This document shows, one piece after another, positions 9,254 through 18,720 of a stretch of 64,000 nucleotides of DNA. Every line of letters begins with the position of its first letter. Positions within the stretch are counted from its first letter, which is position 1. Origin of the DNA: Minisyncoccota bacterium (GTDB lineage: Bacteria > Patescibacteriota > Minisyncoccia > Phycocordibacterales > SW-6-46-9); contig JBBDRP010000002.1 of NCBI GenBank assembly GCA_040905385.1, forward strand, positions 85,337-149,336, written 5' to 3'. Position numbers and translations under genes: made by a program. A model generated the notes under the pieces. The model saw nothing but the letters and a program-made list of their open reading frames with translations, was not told the origin of the DNA and did no database searches.

Positions 9254-10495
9254 ATGACTACAGAAAATAAAAGCACGATTGGCGTTTTCTTTGGCTCACG
9301 CTCACCCGAGCATGATGTCTCTATCATCACTGCTTGCCAGACAATTAAGGGTCTGCGCGAGATCGGCTTTTCTGTTGTACCTATTTACGTCACTAAGGAT
9401 GGTCGAATGTTTCTTGGTCCCGACACCGATGACGCCACCGACGAGACGCTGGCTCGAGTTGATTACTTCCGCGATGATCTCGACAAGAAGCTGGCCAAGT
9501 TGGATGAGTATGACCTGGTACTGGCCGAGTCTGTTGGACGGCTACGTTTCGTAACGGAGATGATGTTCGCTTCCAAGTTTGTGGATGTCGACATTGCCTT
9601 CCCGACCTTTCACGGTCCGCATGGCGAGGATGGGGCGCTGCACGGGCTCTTTGATCTGGCAAATATTCCGGTGGTTGGCTGCGGCCAGCAGGCAAGCTCA
9701 ATTGCGATGGACAAGGCACTGACCAAGCTCATCTACCGACAGTTTGATATTCCGACCACTAACTTTCTGTACTTTACCCGCCGCGAATGGTCTCAGTATC
9801 AGGAGGCAATCTTAGAGGATCTGAAAAACTTCTCACTCCCACTGTTTGTGAAGCCGGCCCGAGCTGGTTCATCCATCGGTATTACCCGCGTTACCGATAT
9901 TGAGGAGCTATCTTTTGCTATCGAGGTGGCGCTGTCTTACGACACCAAGGTTGTTGTCGAGGAGGGGGTAGAGGACGTCGCCGACCTGACCGTCTGTCTT
10001 CTAGGTGATGAGGTACCGGAGCCGTCGGAGGTGCAGGAGTCGCACTTTGATAGTGACTTCTTTTCTTATGATGACAAGTATATAAATGATGGTGGTGCTC
10101 AGATTGGCGGAGCTGATAAGAAAATTATTATCCCGGCCGATGTTGATCAGTCGGTTCAGGATGAGGCTAAACAGATGGCGGTGAATATCTTTGCTCAGTT
10201 CGAGCTGTCCGGCATTGCTCGCGTCGACTTTCTTTATGACCGAGCCGAAGAGAAGTTGTATGCCAACGAGATCAATACCTTGCCCGGTACGTTGTACAAG
10301 CATCTCTGGGAGGAAAGCGGTGTCACCTTTGCTGAACTCCTACGTAGCCTCATCCGCACAGCTCGTCGTCGCCACAGTCGCAAGCAGGATACCTCCTACA
10401 CCTTTGAATCAGGAATTCTTGAGCATGCAGGTAAAGGGAAGCTTTCAAAATTAGCAGCTGATGATGACAGAGATCAGCTGAATGCTAGTAACTAA
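9254..10495 (+). CDS. ddl: D-alanine--D-alanine ligase
   Basis: FGSRSPEHDVS, HGPHGEDG, MDK, VKPARAGSSIG, ARVDF, NEINTLPG. Confidence 0.95.
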   Translation: MTTENKSTIGVFFGSRSPEHDVSIITACQTIKGLREIGFSVVPIYVTKDGRMFLGPDTDDATDETLARVDYFRDDLDKKLAKLDEYDLVLAESVGRLRFVTEMMFASKFVDVDIAFPTFHGPHGEDGALHGLFDLANIPVVGCGQQASSIAMDKALTKLIYRQFDIPTTNFLYFTRREWSQYQEAILEDLKNFSLPLFVKPARAGSSIGITRVTDIEELSFAIEVALSYDTKVVVEEGVEDVADLTVCLLGDEVPEPSEVQESHFDSDFFSYDDKYINDGGAQIGGADKKIIIPADVDQSVQDEAKQMAVNIFAQFELSGIARVDFLYDRAEEKLYANEINTLPGTLYKHLWEESGVTFAELLRSLIRTARRRHSRKQDTSYTFESGILEHAGKGKLSKLAADDDRDQLNASN

Positions 10496-10514
10496 ACGCT
10501 AATCACTCTTATTT

Positions 10515-10838
10515 ATGATTTCATTTTCAGAATTTAAAGAGATGGATTTGCGCGTTGGAACCATTACCGAGGCTTTGGTGATAAAGGATGCTGACAAGCT
10601 CCTACTTCTTACTGTCTCGCTTGGTGATGAGGATCGTCAGGTCGTCTCCGGTATTAGATCCGTCGTCGATGACCCAGCAGAGCTCGTAGACACGCAGGTT
10701 ATATTTCTGGCCAATCTAGAGCCTAAGGAGATCTTTGGTTATGAAAGTCAGGGGATGATTATCGCCGCTCGTGATGGCGAAGACATCTCCTTAACGACCG
10801 TGGTTGATGAGGTGGCTCCTGGCAGTCAGGTTTCCTAG
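10515..10838 (+). CDS. Stand-alone tRNA-binding OB-fold protein (Trbp111/CsaA/MetRS C-terminal type)
   Basis: DLRVGTI, ADKLL, RQVVSGI, ANLEPK, ESQGM. Confidence 0.9.
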   Translation: MISFSEFKEMDLRVGTITEALVIKDADKLLLLTVSLGDEDRQVVSGIRSVVDDPAELVDTQVIFLANLEPKEIFGYESQGMIIAARDGEDISLTTVVDEVAPGSQVS

Positions 10839-10934
10839 ACTATTCTTTGGCGATACAGGTTGCTCCCGTAAAGAAATTTTGCCGGAGCGGCATTCGGGAA
10901 AAATGGAAGCAAGCTTTCGTTTTATCCCTTATTT

Positions 10935-10981
10935 GCTCCCGTAGCTCAACCGGATACCTGCCTGCCGGCAGGCAGGGAGCA
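10935..10981 (+). pseudogene. tRNA-Arg-like 5' remnant interrupted by a 20-bp palindrome
   Basis: GCTCCCGTAGCTCAACCGGATA[CCTGCCTGCCGGCAGGCAGG]GAGCA. No anticodon arm or T arm follows. Confidence 0.7.
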
Positions 10982-11010
10982 GATTTGATCAAGAGTTTTG
11001 AGCTTCATTA

Positions 11011-11082
11011 CTCCCCATAGTTCAACGGATAGAACAGGGGGTTTCTAACCCTCAAATCGAGGTTCGATTCCTCGTGGGGAGG
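11011..11082 (+). tRNA. tRNA-Arg, anticodon TCT
   Basis: Acceptor CTCCCCA/TGGGGAG, anticodon arm GGGGG-TTTCTAA-CCCTC, GGTTCGATTCC. Confidence 0.92.
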
Positions 11083-11232
11083 CAAGAATAAAATGAGTGT
11101 CGACCACAGAAAGCAGTGTTTGCTGCTTTCGGGTGATATCGAAAGTTGCAGTGATATCACGCGTAGAGAGGCAAAGCACAGGCAAATTTTCCACATCAGC
11201 TGGATGAATATCAGTGCTATTATAAAAACCAC

Positions 11233-11400
11233 ATGAACAACGCGCTCGACCTCACACTCTTTGAAAAAATCTTGATAGCGGCTGGGCTGCTCTTCTTTGC
11301 TAACGCCGTCTGGCTGGCAGCCGGTGGTGGATTCACTATTCTGTATGTTGCCAAAGGGATGTACCTAACCGGAATTGTAATTTTAGCGTCTCAATTATAA
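11233..11400 (+). CDS. Small two-TM membrane protein (55 aa, absent from the ORF track)
   Basis: MNNALDLTLFEKILIAAGLLFFANAVWLAAGGGFTILYVAKGMYLTGIVILASQL. Its TAA overlaps the next ATG (TAATG). Confidence 0.65.
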   Translation: MNNALDLTLFEKILIAAGLLFFANAVWLAAGGGFTILYVAKGMYLTGIVILASQL

Positions 11401-12410
11401 TGTTTGGCATCGAACTTACAGAATTTCTACTTTTTGCGCGTCAGCTCGGGATCGCCATGGCTGGCGCGGCCGCGTTGTGGGGCTTTATCTTCAGCCAGAA
11501 GGATTTTCACTGTGGCGAAGATACGAAGTGTGTCATCTACGACTGGATTGCGGTGCGCATTATGCCACTTTTCTTGATCGGGGTGGGGATCGGGACCGTC
11601 TCGTACGTCGGGCTCTTGATGACGGTAGAGGCGGCGGCCCATCAGGGCATTGCCTACCTGCCATCAACCCCAGAGGTGGCCGCATCCTTTCCGATTCTGA
11701 CCCCGCTATTTTTCGTACTTATTCTGGCGACACTAATCGCAATTTCGCTCCCGAATAAGGGTGGTGAGAAGTACGCCAACTGGATTACGTACTTTTACGG
11801 CGCCATGTTTGTCGTCTGCTTCGCCATCACGTCATTTCCAGCCTGGCGCGGCGAGCTGGATGCTCGACAGCTTTTTTATGCCGGCCACGGTTTTCACTCT
11901 ATCTTTACGGTTGGTTCAGTAATCGTGCTGGATTATCTATACATAATGTCGACACGAGCCGAGATTCTCAAGCAGCATATCTTTGCACTTTTCCCGACCA
12001 TCAGCGCCGTTGTTTGGTACGGCCTGGCCTTTGATCTGCTCTCCTCGCTGTTAATTATCGAAGGCTTCGAGCCGACAACGAAACTGATCTTTATGCAGAC
12101 GGTAATCGGTATCCTGATTATTAACGGTGTCTTCCTCTCCGGTCCGCTGGCACGACAAATGCTTTCCTCGGTAGAGCCGGATGGGAAGGAGGTACGCGGC
12201 GGCTGGAAGCTGTGGGCCAACATTGCCGGGGCGGTCTCGGTCGTATCCTGGGTGACAATTACGTTTGTTGATTCATTTGAAAATCTCCCATTTTCATATC
12301 TTGAATACTTCGGAATTTATATCGGTGTCATCATTCTGGCAATTGCCGGCCACTCCTTTATGGAATGCATGGAGAGACGCACCGAACCACCGGAATTCAT
12401 ACACAACTAG
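11400..12410 (+). CDS. Polytopic membrane protein of unknown function
   Basis: 336 aa, roughly eight hydrophobic helices, GHGFHS motif. Confidence 0.7.
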   Translation: MFGIELTEFLLFARQLGIAMAGAAALWGFIFSQKDFHCGEDTKCVIYDWIAVRIMPLFLIGVGIGTVSYVGLLMTVEAAAHQGIAYLPSTPEVAASFPILTPLFFVLILATLIAISLPNKGGEKYANWITYFYGAMFVVCFAITSFPAWRGELDARQLFYAGHGFHSIFTVGSVIVLDYLYIMSTRAEILKQHIFALFPTISAVVWYGLAFDLLSSLLIIEGFEPTTKLIFMQTVIGILIINGVFLSGPLARQMLSSVEPDGKEVRGGWKLWANIAGAVSVVSWVTITFVDSFENLPFSYLEYFGIYIGVIILAIAGHSFMECMERRTEPPEFIHN

Positions 12411-12808
12411 TTGTTGTTTTTAAAACTTAAAAATCCCCAGATGAGGCCACCAACAAATCCGCCAAGCATGTCGGTGATGGCGTCGGTGACGGTTGATGAA
12501 CGCAGCGAGTACTCGGCCGCTAGCTCCGGCATGTTTTGATTTACGGCTAGCTCGAAGACCTCCCAGGCGAAGCTTCCAAAAAGCGCAAAGCTGCCGGCCA
12601 GGAAGGTAAAGGCAAGTAGGCTGGTTGTCTGTACTCGTGAACGTGAGATGATGATCCAGACCATCGCCAGAACCGCACCGCTGATAACGTGCAGCACCAG
12701 ATCAAGCCAGACAACATCACCGGTATATAGGTCGAAGCGCACGCCGAGTATCTGACCAATCAGTACAAGAAAGGTTGCAAGGATGACAATTTTCCAGCTG
12801 TTTTTCAT
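12407..12808 (-). CDS. Membrane protein with D..H / WE..E / D motifs (DUF2238/VanZ-like)
   Basis: WLDLVLHVISG, WEVFE, DAITDM. Paralogue at 56690-57151. Confidence 0.6.
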   Translation of the reverse strand: MKNSWKIVILATFLVLIGQILGVRFDLYTGDVVWLDLVLHVISGAVLAMVWIIISRSRVQTTSLLAFTFLAGSFALFGSFAWEVFELAVNQNMPELAAEYSLRSSTVTDAITDMLGGFVGGLIWGFLSFKNNN

Positions 12809-12841
12809 GGTATTTATATTATAACTTTAATATCTTAAGGT

Positions 12842-13065
12842 GGGTCACAAGTAAATCTACTGACGTAGATTTCTCGCGGTCCGTTATGACTGGTCGTTTC
12901 GCGACATACGCCATTTTCCCTCGGGGAAATCTCCAAAAACACAAAGCAGTTTGTGTTTTTGCCCCGGCTCGTGGTTTTTGCCTTTCGCTTCGCTCAAACA
13001 AAAAAACATCACTGCGCTTCCCACAACCTAAAAATCCGCCAAACGGCGGATTTTCTTAACTGTTG
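12842..13065. repeat. Structured multi-hairpin cassette at the tRNA-Val 3' end
   Basis: Several inverted repeats. CCCACAAC at 13020 is the inverse of the tRNA end. ACTGGTCG.TT.GCGACAT.CG is shared with 5043. Confidence 0.6.
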
Positions 13066-13138
13066 TGGGCGGTGCAGGACTTGAACCTGCGGCCTCCTCG
13101 GTGTAAACGAGATGCTCTACCAGCTGAGCTAACCGCCC
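13066..13138 (-). tRNA. tRNA-Val, anticodon TAC
   Basis: Reverse complement GGGCGGTTAGCTCAGCTGGTAGAGCATCTCGTTTACACCGAGG...GGTTCAAGTCC...CCGCCCA. Confidence 0.95.
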
Positions 13139-13203
13139 TTGAACCTTTCTAACAATACGTGATTTCTAACTAATTTTCAAGAGATTTTGCTATAATCCCT
13201 TCA

Positions 13204-14130
13204 ATGATTGCTATCACTTCAGGAGAGAAATATGTTGATGTTGACGCACTTGCATGCGCCGTTGTTTATCAAGAATTACTTACTCAAGAAGAAAAGGCTG
13301 CCATAGTTGTGTTTTCAGGAGATCTTAATCACAGTATAAGCCCTCTTGTAAAAAGTCAGGAATATAATACTCGAAAAGACTTACCAGAAAATAGTATCGA
13401 AGGATTTGTTTTAGTTGATGTGTCCGATCCTGAGCATATTGCATCATTTGTTGATCTGCAAAAAGTAAAAGAAGTATATGATCATCACTATGGGTTTATC
13501 GATTTTTGGGAATCTAAAATTAGTCCCGAAAATAGCAAGATAGAAATGATTGGTGCTTGTGCAACTCTGATTTGGGAAGAATTTAAAAAAAGAGGATCTT
13601 CAGATATATCTACAAGTTCAGCAAATTTACTATCTTTGGCGATTGTTTCGAACACACTTAATCTCAACTCACCACTTACTAGTGATCGAGATAGAGCTGC
13701 CCTGGATGAGCTTGAGAAATATATTAATTTTCCATCAGATTGGAAGAAAAAATATTTTTCTGAATTAGAAGAGTTTATTTTCAGTAATCCTAAAAAAGCT
13801 ATAATCAATGACACGAAAATAGAGAAGATTCCACAGCTTGAAAAGCCGCTGGTGATTGGTCAAATTGAGTTATGGGATGGTTCTGATTTTGTGAAAAATA
13901 ATATCGATAGTATCAGAGATAGCTTGGGACAAAAGAGTAATCCTTACTGGATGATCAGTATTCCTAGCATTAAAGAGGGATGGAATTATATTTATTCAGA
14001 AAATGATATGGTGAAGATGCTAATCCAAAAAGTCACAGGTTGTTCTTTTTTGGATAATGTTTGCATAACTAATAAGCTCATTCTTCGAAAAGAGATTTTG
14101 CGTGACTTAAATAAATTGGATAATAGCTAA
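13204..14130 (+). CDS. DHH-family phosphoesterase (Mn-dependent inorganic pyrophosphatase/exopolyphosphatase-like)
   Basis: DVDALAC, LVDVS, YDHH, GACATLI, AIVSNTLNL. AT-rich. Confidence 0.8.
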   Translation: MIAITSGEKYVDVDALACAVVYQELLTQEEKAAIVVFSGDLNHSISPLVKSQEYNTRKDLPENSIEGFVLVDVSDPEHIASFVDLQKVKEVYDHHYGFIDFWESKISPENSKIEMIGACATLIWEEFKKRGSSDISTSSANLLSLAIVSNTLNLNSPLTSDRDRAALDELEKYINFPSDWKKKYFSELEEFIFSNPKKAIINDTKIEKIPQLEKPLVIGQIELWDGSDFVKNNIDSIRDSLGQKSNPYWMISIPSIKEGWNYIYSENDMVKMLIQKVTGCSFLDNVCITNKLILRKEILRDLNKLDNS

Positions 14131-14139
14131 AAATCAGCA

Positions 14140-14415
14140 ATGAAAGAAATCGAGGCACATATTTACGGTAATGTTCAGGCGGTGGGCCTTCGCCAGTATC
14201 TCAAAAAGCAGGCCGACAAGCTCGGCCTTGTCGGCTGGGTAAAGAATCTTGATGACGGCAGCGTCGAGTGCATCGCTCAGGGCGAGGAGGGGGATTTAGA
14301 AACTTTTGCCGGCCACATCCAGAAGGGGCCGTACTTTGCTGACGTTGATAATTGCCTCATTGACTGGCACGATGATCCACAGGACGCACTAAGCGAGTTT
14401 AGGATTATCTCATGA
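14140..14415 (+). CDS. acyP: Acylphosphatase
   Basis: GNVQAVGLR, GWVKNLDDGSVE, KGP. Confidence 0.92.
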   Translation: MKEIEAHIYGNVQAVGLRQYLKKQADKLGLVGWVKNLDDGSVECIAQGEEGDLETFAGHIQKGPYFADVDNCLIDWHDDPQDALSEFRIIS

Positions 14416-15146
14416 CAGATATAGAAAATATTGAAATAATTTTTGAAAATGATGACCTGGCGGTGGTAAACAAGCCGGCTGGCTTGGTGGTGCATGCCGA
14501 TGGTCGTACTAACGAGCCGAACCTCTGCGACTGGATACTGCAGACCTATCCAGAGACGGAAGGTGTCGGCGAGCCAATCGAACAACGGGACGGCACCGTC
14601 ATCGCCCGGCCCGGGATTGTCCACCGGCTTGATCGGGATACCAGCGGAGCGCTGATTATCGCCCGCACGAATGAAGCTCACGCCTATCTAAAGACGCAGT
14701 TCAAGGATCGGGCAGTAAAGAAAGAGTACAATGCCTTTGTTTACGGGCGAATCGATACCTTTCGGCTGTCTATTGACGAGCCGATTGGGCGCTCGGCGCA
14801 GGATTTTCGCCGCTGGACTATTGGCTCGCAGGTGCGGGGAAAGGCTCGGCCGGCTCACACCGATGTCACGACGGTGACGGCAACTGATGCCGCCACCTTC
14901 ATAAAGGCGTTTCCAAAGACGGGGCGTACGCACCAGATCCGCGTACATCTGCAGTCAGTACGTCATCCGGTTGTCTGCGATGATCTGTACGCGACCGGGC
15001 GAGACTGTCTCTTGGGCTTCGATCGGCAGGCGCTTCATGCTCGATCGGTAACGTTTCGACTGTTGGATGAGACCGAGATAACGGCCGAGGCCGCGTATCC
15101 AGCAGACTTCCGAGTGGCAATAGAAAACCTCGAAAAGTCGGTTTAG
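14412..15146 (+). CDS. RluA-family pseudouridine synthase (no S4 domain)
   Basis: VNKPAGLVVH, HRLDRDTSG, TGRTHQIRVH, QALHA. Confidence 0.93.
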   Translation: MTDIENIEIIFENDDLAVVNKPAGLVVHADGRTNEPNLCDWILQTYPETEGVGEPIEQRDGTVIARPGIVHRLDRDTSGALIIARTNEAHAYLKTQFKDRAVKKEYNAFVYGRIDTFRLSIDEPIGRSAQDFRRWTIGSQVRGKARPAHTDVTTVTATDAATFIKAFPKTGRTHQIRVHLQSVRHPVVCDDLYATGRDCLLGFDRQALHARSVTFRLLDETEITAEAAYPADFRVAIENLEKSV

Positions 15147-15193
15147 GTATTGATACGAGCGCCGATTCGTGATAGTTTAATGACTGTTATACT

Positions 15194-15793
15194 ATGTCAA
15201 CTACAGCAAATTCCCACAACATAATCTCGCCGGTAAACGTAGAGAAGCGCCAGAGCATCAATATCCAGAGCGGTGACACCGTTCGTGTCATGGTAAAGAT
15301 TGCTGAAGGCGACGGTAAATTCCGTCTTCAGCCGTTTGAGGGTATTGTACTGGCCTGCAAGCACGGCCATGAAGCCGGTGCTACCTTTACGGTACGTCGC
15401 GTAATCGATGGTGTAGGTGTCGAGAAGATCTTCCCGCTTTACTCACCAATGATTGACGAAATCATCATTGTGCGTCGAGCTAAGACTCGAAGCTCCAAGC
15501 TGTATCACATTCGTGACAAGGCTGCTCGACAGATTCGTCGTCAGATGCGTCGCATGATTCAGGTTGATATCTCCACTGGTTCAGCGGTTGAGGAGGAGCG
15601 TAAGGCTAAGGAGGAGGCCGAGGCAAAGGAAGCAGCCGAAGCAGAAGCCAAGGCGGCTGAGGAAGAAGAGAAAAAGGCGCAGGAAGCTGCTGCAGAAGCT
15701 GAGGAATCTACAGAAGAAGAGACGGCTGACGCTGAAGGCGGTGATGATGCTGCTGATGACGAGGCAAGTGAAGGTAAGGAAAAAGAGGAGTAG
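15194..15793 (+). CDS. rplS: 50S ribosomal protein L19 with an acidic C-terminal extension
   Basis: GDTVRV, RLQPFEG, FTVRR..GVGVEKIFPLYSP, KLYHIR, followed by a roughly 70-aa E/A/K tail. Confidence 0.95.
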   Translation: MSTTANSHNIISPVNVEKRQSINIQSGDTVRVMVKIAEGDGKFRLQPFEGIVLACKHGHEAGATFTVRRVIDGVGVEKIFPLYSPMIDEIIIVRRAKTRSSKLYHIRDKAARQIRRQMRRMIQVDISTGSAVEEERKAKEEAEAKEAAEAEAKAAEEEEKKAQEAAAEAEESTEEETADAEGGDDAADDEASEGKEKEE

Positions 15794-15895
15794 AAAAGTT
15801 AATTTTCATACAGGTTTAGAAAAAGCATCTCATCCCGGTGCTTTTCTTTTACATCTAATTGGTAGACGTTATTATACTGAGGTATAATATAGATG

Positions 15896-16561
15896 ATGGC
15901 AAAGCCTGGTCCAAAACCAAAAAGAGAAGAGGTTGTGTGGTCTCCTGAGGTTGCGTACGGTGTTGGTTTGTTTGTAACTGACGGTTGTTTATCTAAGGAT
16001 GGAAGGCACCTAGATTTTACTTCCAAAGATGTTGAACAACTTAAAAATTTTAAGAAGTGCTTTGATTTAAATACAAAAATTTCCTACAAGACTTCGGGTT
16101 ATACAAATAAGAAGTGCCCTCGACTTCAGTTTAGTGATGTTGGTTTGTATCGTTTCTTCGTGAGTATTGGAATGACACCAGCAAAGACAAAAACACTTGG
16201 AACTATTGATGTTCCAGATGAGTATTATTTTGATTTCTTACGTGGACATCTAGACGGAGACGGTTGTTTTTATAGTTACTGGGATAAACGGTGGAAATCA
16301 AGTTTTATGTTCTATCTTGTATTTGCAGCTTACAGCGAATTACATATTAAATGGATACGAGAAATCTTAAGGGAGAATCTAAATGTTTCTGGTCATTTAA
16401 ATAAACCCAGTGAAAGAAGAATATTTCAGCTGAAATTTGCGAAAGAAGAATCCTTTAAGATCTTGAAAAAGATATATTACACAGAGGACATAGTGTGTCT
16501 GAGTAGGAAGCGTTTGAAAATAGAGAAAGCGTTAGGCATAATGGGCAAGCAGTTGTCATAA
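15896..16561 (+). CDS. LAGLIDADG homing-endonuclease-like protein (two motifs)
   Basis: AYGVGLFVTDGCL and FLRGHLDGDGCF. AT-rich. Ends 3 nt before tRNA-Leu. Confidence 0.85.
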   Translation: MAKPGPKPKREEVVWSPEVAYGVGLFVTDGCLSKDGRHLDFTSKDVEQLKNFKKCFDLNTKISYKTSGYTNKKCPRLQFSDVGLYRFFVSIGMTPAKTKTLGTIDVPDEYYFDFLRGHLDGDGCFYSYWDKRWKSSFMFYLVFAAYSELHIKWIREILRENLNVSGHLNKPSERRIFQLKFAKEESFKILKKIYYTEDIVCLSRKRLKIEKALGIMGKQLS

Positions 16562-16564
16562 AAT

Positions 16565-16648
16565 GCCCAGGTGCAGGAACTGGTAGACTGGCACGGTTGA
16601 GGGCCGTGTGTTCTTACGGACGTGCGGGTTCGACTCCCGCCCTGGGCA
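16565..16648 (+). tRNA. tRNA-Leu, anticodon GAG
   Basis: Acceptor GCCCAGG/CCTGGGC, anticodon arm CACGG-TTGAGGG-CCGTG, long variable arm, GGTTCGACTCC. Confidence 0.95.
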
Positions 16649-16994
16649 CAAATTACTCGGAGAGAAAAACCCCTGCAGACGCACAGGTTTTTTCTCTTCC
16701 GACGCTCGCTTCGCTCACTGCCTCTCTTTTCCACGGAATTGAATTAAGACACTTACAAGTTAAGCGCCTTAATTCAATGCTTTTACATTATGTATTTAAG
16801 TTGGGAGTCGAAAGCCGGAGGTATATCTGAGTTTGAGAATAGCGAAAGGCCTGGGTGTTTTTTGTTTTGCAAAGTAAGGGCAGCATTGATGTTGAAAACT
16901 TTACTATCGAATCATTTATGGTCGTGTTACATTATTTTCAGGTATTAAAAACATAAAAACGGCACTTTTTATCACTAAAAGCTCATCCTTATCT

Positions 16995-18269
16995 ATGTTT
17001 AATATTAATTCAGATAAACAAAATCCTGGGCTAGCATTTGGTCGCATTTTTTTTGGCTTGTGGTGGTTGTATGAAGTGGTTTTGGGTCATAACTGGAAAT
17101 GGGGAAATCCTGAGTGGGTTGGGGAAGGTGCCGGAGCATGGCTCGCAGAGGATATTACAAGTGCTATAGCGAAAGGAACATGGTCATGGGCTGAGTGGTT
17201 GCTGGAAATAGCGGTAGTGCCTCATGTTGAGATATGGAGCTACGTTGTGTTGGTGCTTCAGGTGGCAATAGCGATCAGCTTCATAACTGGTTTGTTTGTG
17301 CGTCCGACTGCATCGGTTGGTCTGGCCCATATGTTCATAATGTTCCTAATGGGTCATTCTCGCATTCCGCCGTTTTTCGTTGTTGGTTTTCTCTTTGTTT
17401 TGGCAACCAAGGCGGGAATGCATTATGGTCTAGATCGCTGGATTGCTGACAAGTTTTACAAAACCCGATCTATAATCGGATCCTTTATATTGTCGCTTAT
17501 CGACAAACCGTGCCCTGATTGGTTGCGGACACATGTTGGAATTCCGTTTGCGACAGTATTTGCAGTTTATTTCCTGCTTCAGGCAGCTGCTGCTGAAGCA
17601 GTCACCTTCCGGATGGCCGGTCTAGATTTAGCAGTCATGTCAGGTCTAGTAGCGGCCGGATTTGCTCTAGTGAAAAAGGTCGACACAATTCCACTAATCA
17701 CACGCTTGTTGAGTATGTTTGTTGGTTATAAGTTTTTGCACGAGATCTGGATACGTTTTCCGGCTGCACTCAATGGATTGCCTGGTTGGTCTAGTGGGCA
17801 GGAGTTGACTGAGGTACTGACAATTATTGCCACCAACCACTGGTCTTTCATTGCCAGTATCGTGGATACAGTATTCATTCCGTATGCCGGAGCCTGGGCT
17901 CTTGTTTTCGCTGTGGTTCAGACTGCTGTCGGTATAATGCTTATCATTAACTGGAAAACAAAACAGGCTTCTCAGCTGGGCATTGGCTATCTAGTCTTAC
18001 TACTCCTGCTTGGCTTTACTCGATATGTTCCGTTCGTTCTCGGAATTCTGATCATTACTTATGCTCTTAAGTGGGGTATTCATCTGTCACGCCACTGGCT
18101 TGGGCTATCAGTAATTGCAGTCTTACTCTTCTCCTCGATAGCTGCGATTTCGGGAATTACACCAGGCGACTATCTTGAACACATGGGTTCAGTTGTTGCC
18201 GTGATGCTCGCAATGCTTGCGCTAGCATTTGCAATTACGGCGTACATCCAGCAAGAATATGTAGAATAA
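16995..18269 (+). CDS. DoxX/DoxD-like membrane protein with an internally duplicated domain
   Basis: GRIFFGLWWLYE...LQVAIAISFITGLFVR...YGLD. The second half repeats the pattern (RLLSMFVGYKFLHE...VQTAVGIMLI). Confidence 0.65.
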   Translation: MFNINSDKQNPGLAFGRIFFGLWWLYEVVLGHNWKWGNPEWVGEGAGAWLAEDITSAIAKGTWSWAEWLLEIAVVPHVEIWSYVVLVLQVAIAISFITGLFVRPTASVGLAHMFIMFLMGHSRIPPFFVVGFLFVLATKAGMHYGLDRWIADKFYKTRSIIGSFILSLIDKPCPDWLRTHVGIPFATVFAVYFLLQAAAAEAVTFRMAGLDLAVMSGLVAAGFALVKKVDTIPLITRLLSMFVGYKFLHEIWIRFPAALNGLPGWSSGQELTEVLTIIATNHWSFIASIVDTVFIPYAGAWALVFAVVQTAVGIMLIINWKTKQASQLGIGYLVLLLLLGFTRYVPFVLGILIITYALKWGIHLSRHWLGLSVIAVLLFSSIAAISGITPGDYLEHMGSVVAVMLAMLALAFAITAYIQQEYVE

Positions 18270-18414
18270 GACAGAAGGAGACAAACCACTTTGTTCCAAG
18301 CCCTGATTATTATTTGATTCTCTTTCTCGTATCAAGCTGTATGTACGAAGTGCGGGAATCTACACCCTTACATCTAGGCGACTTTTCCGATACAATGACT
18401 GTCGATCAGAACAT

Positions 18415-18487
18415 GGTGCCTATGGTGTAATGGTTAGCACGAGGCCTTGTGGAGGCTTTAGTCCCGGTTCGAATCCGGGTAGGCACC
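18415..18487 (+). tRNA. tRNA-His, anticodon GTG
   Basis: Encoded G-1, acceptor GTGCCTA/TAGGCAC, C73, anticodon arm AGGCC-TTGTGGA-GGCTT. Confidence 0.93.
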
Positions 18488-18489
18488 CA

Positions 18490-18694
18490 TTAAGAGAAAT
18501 GATCCAGGCTTGACCTGGGTCATTTTCTTTAACAGCGTGCTACACTACCCGGATTCGAACAGTTGAAAGGGTCGGAAAACGATAGTTTTCCGTGGAGGAG
18601 AGCAGGTCCGACCACTGGTTGGACCGTTGAGAACCGTGGGTTCTTAAAGCGCAGAAGCTTTGCTTCGAGCAGTGAGCGTTCCGGGTAGGCACCC
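18490..18694 (+). mobile_element. Putative non-autonomous structured insert at the tRNA-His 3' end
   Basis: Inverted copy of the tRNA end (CTACCCGGATTCGAAC, 18545-18560) and direct copy (TCCGGGTAGGCACCC, 18680-18694) enclosing four hairpins. Confidence 0.65.
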
Positions 18695-18720
18695 CGCACT
18701 AGAGTCACACAGTGACAAAA

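Noticed and set aside
15794-16700. Group I intron or intein housing the LAGLIDADG ORF
   Set aside because: rplS and tRNA-Leu are intact, the flanks are too short, and no splicing motifs were recognised.
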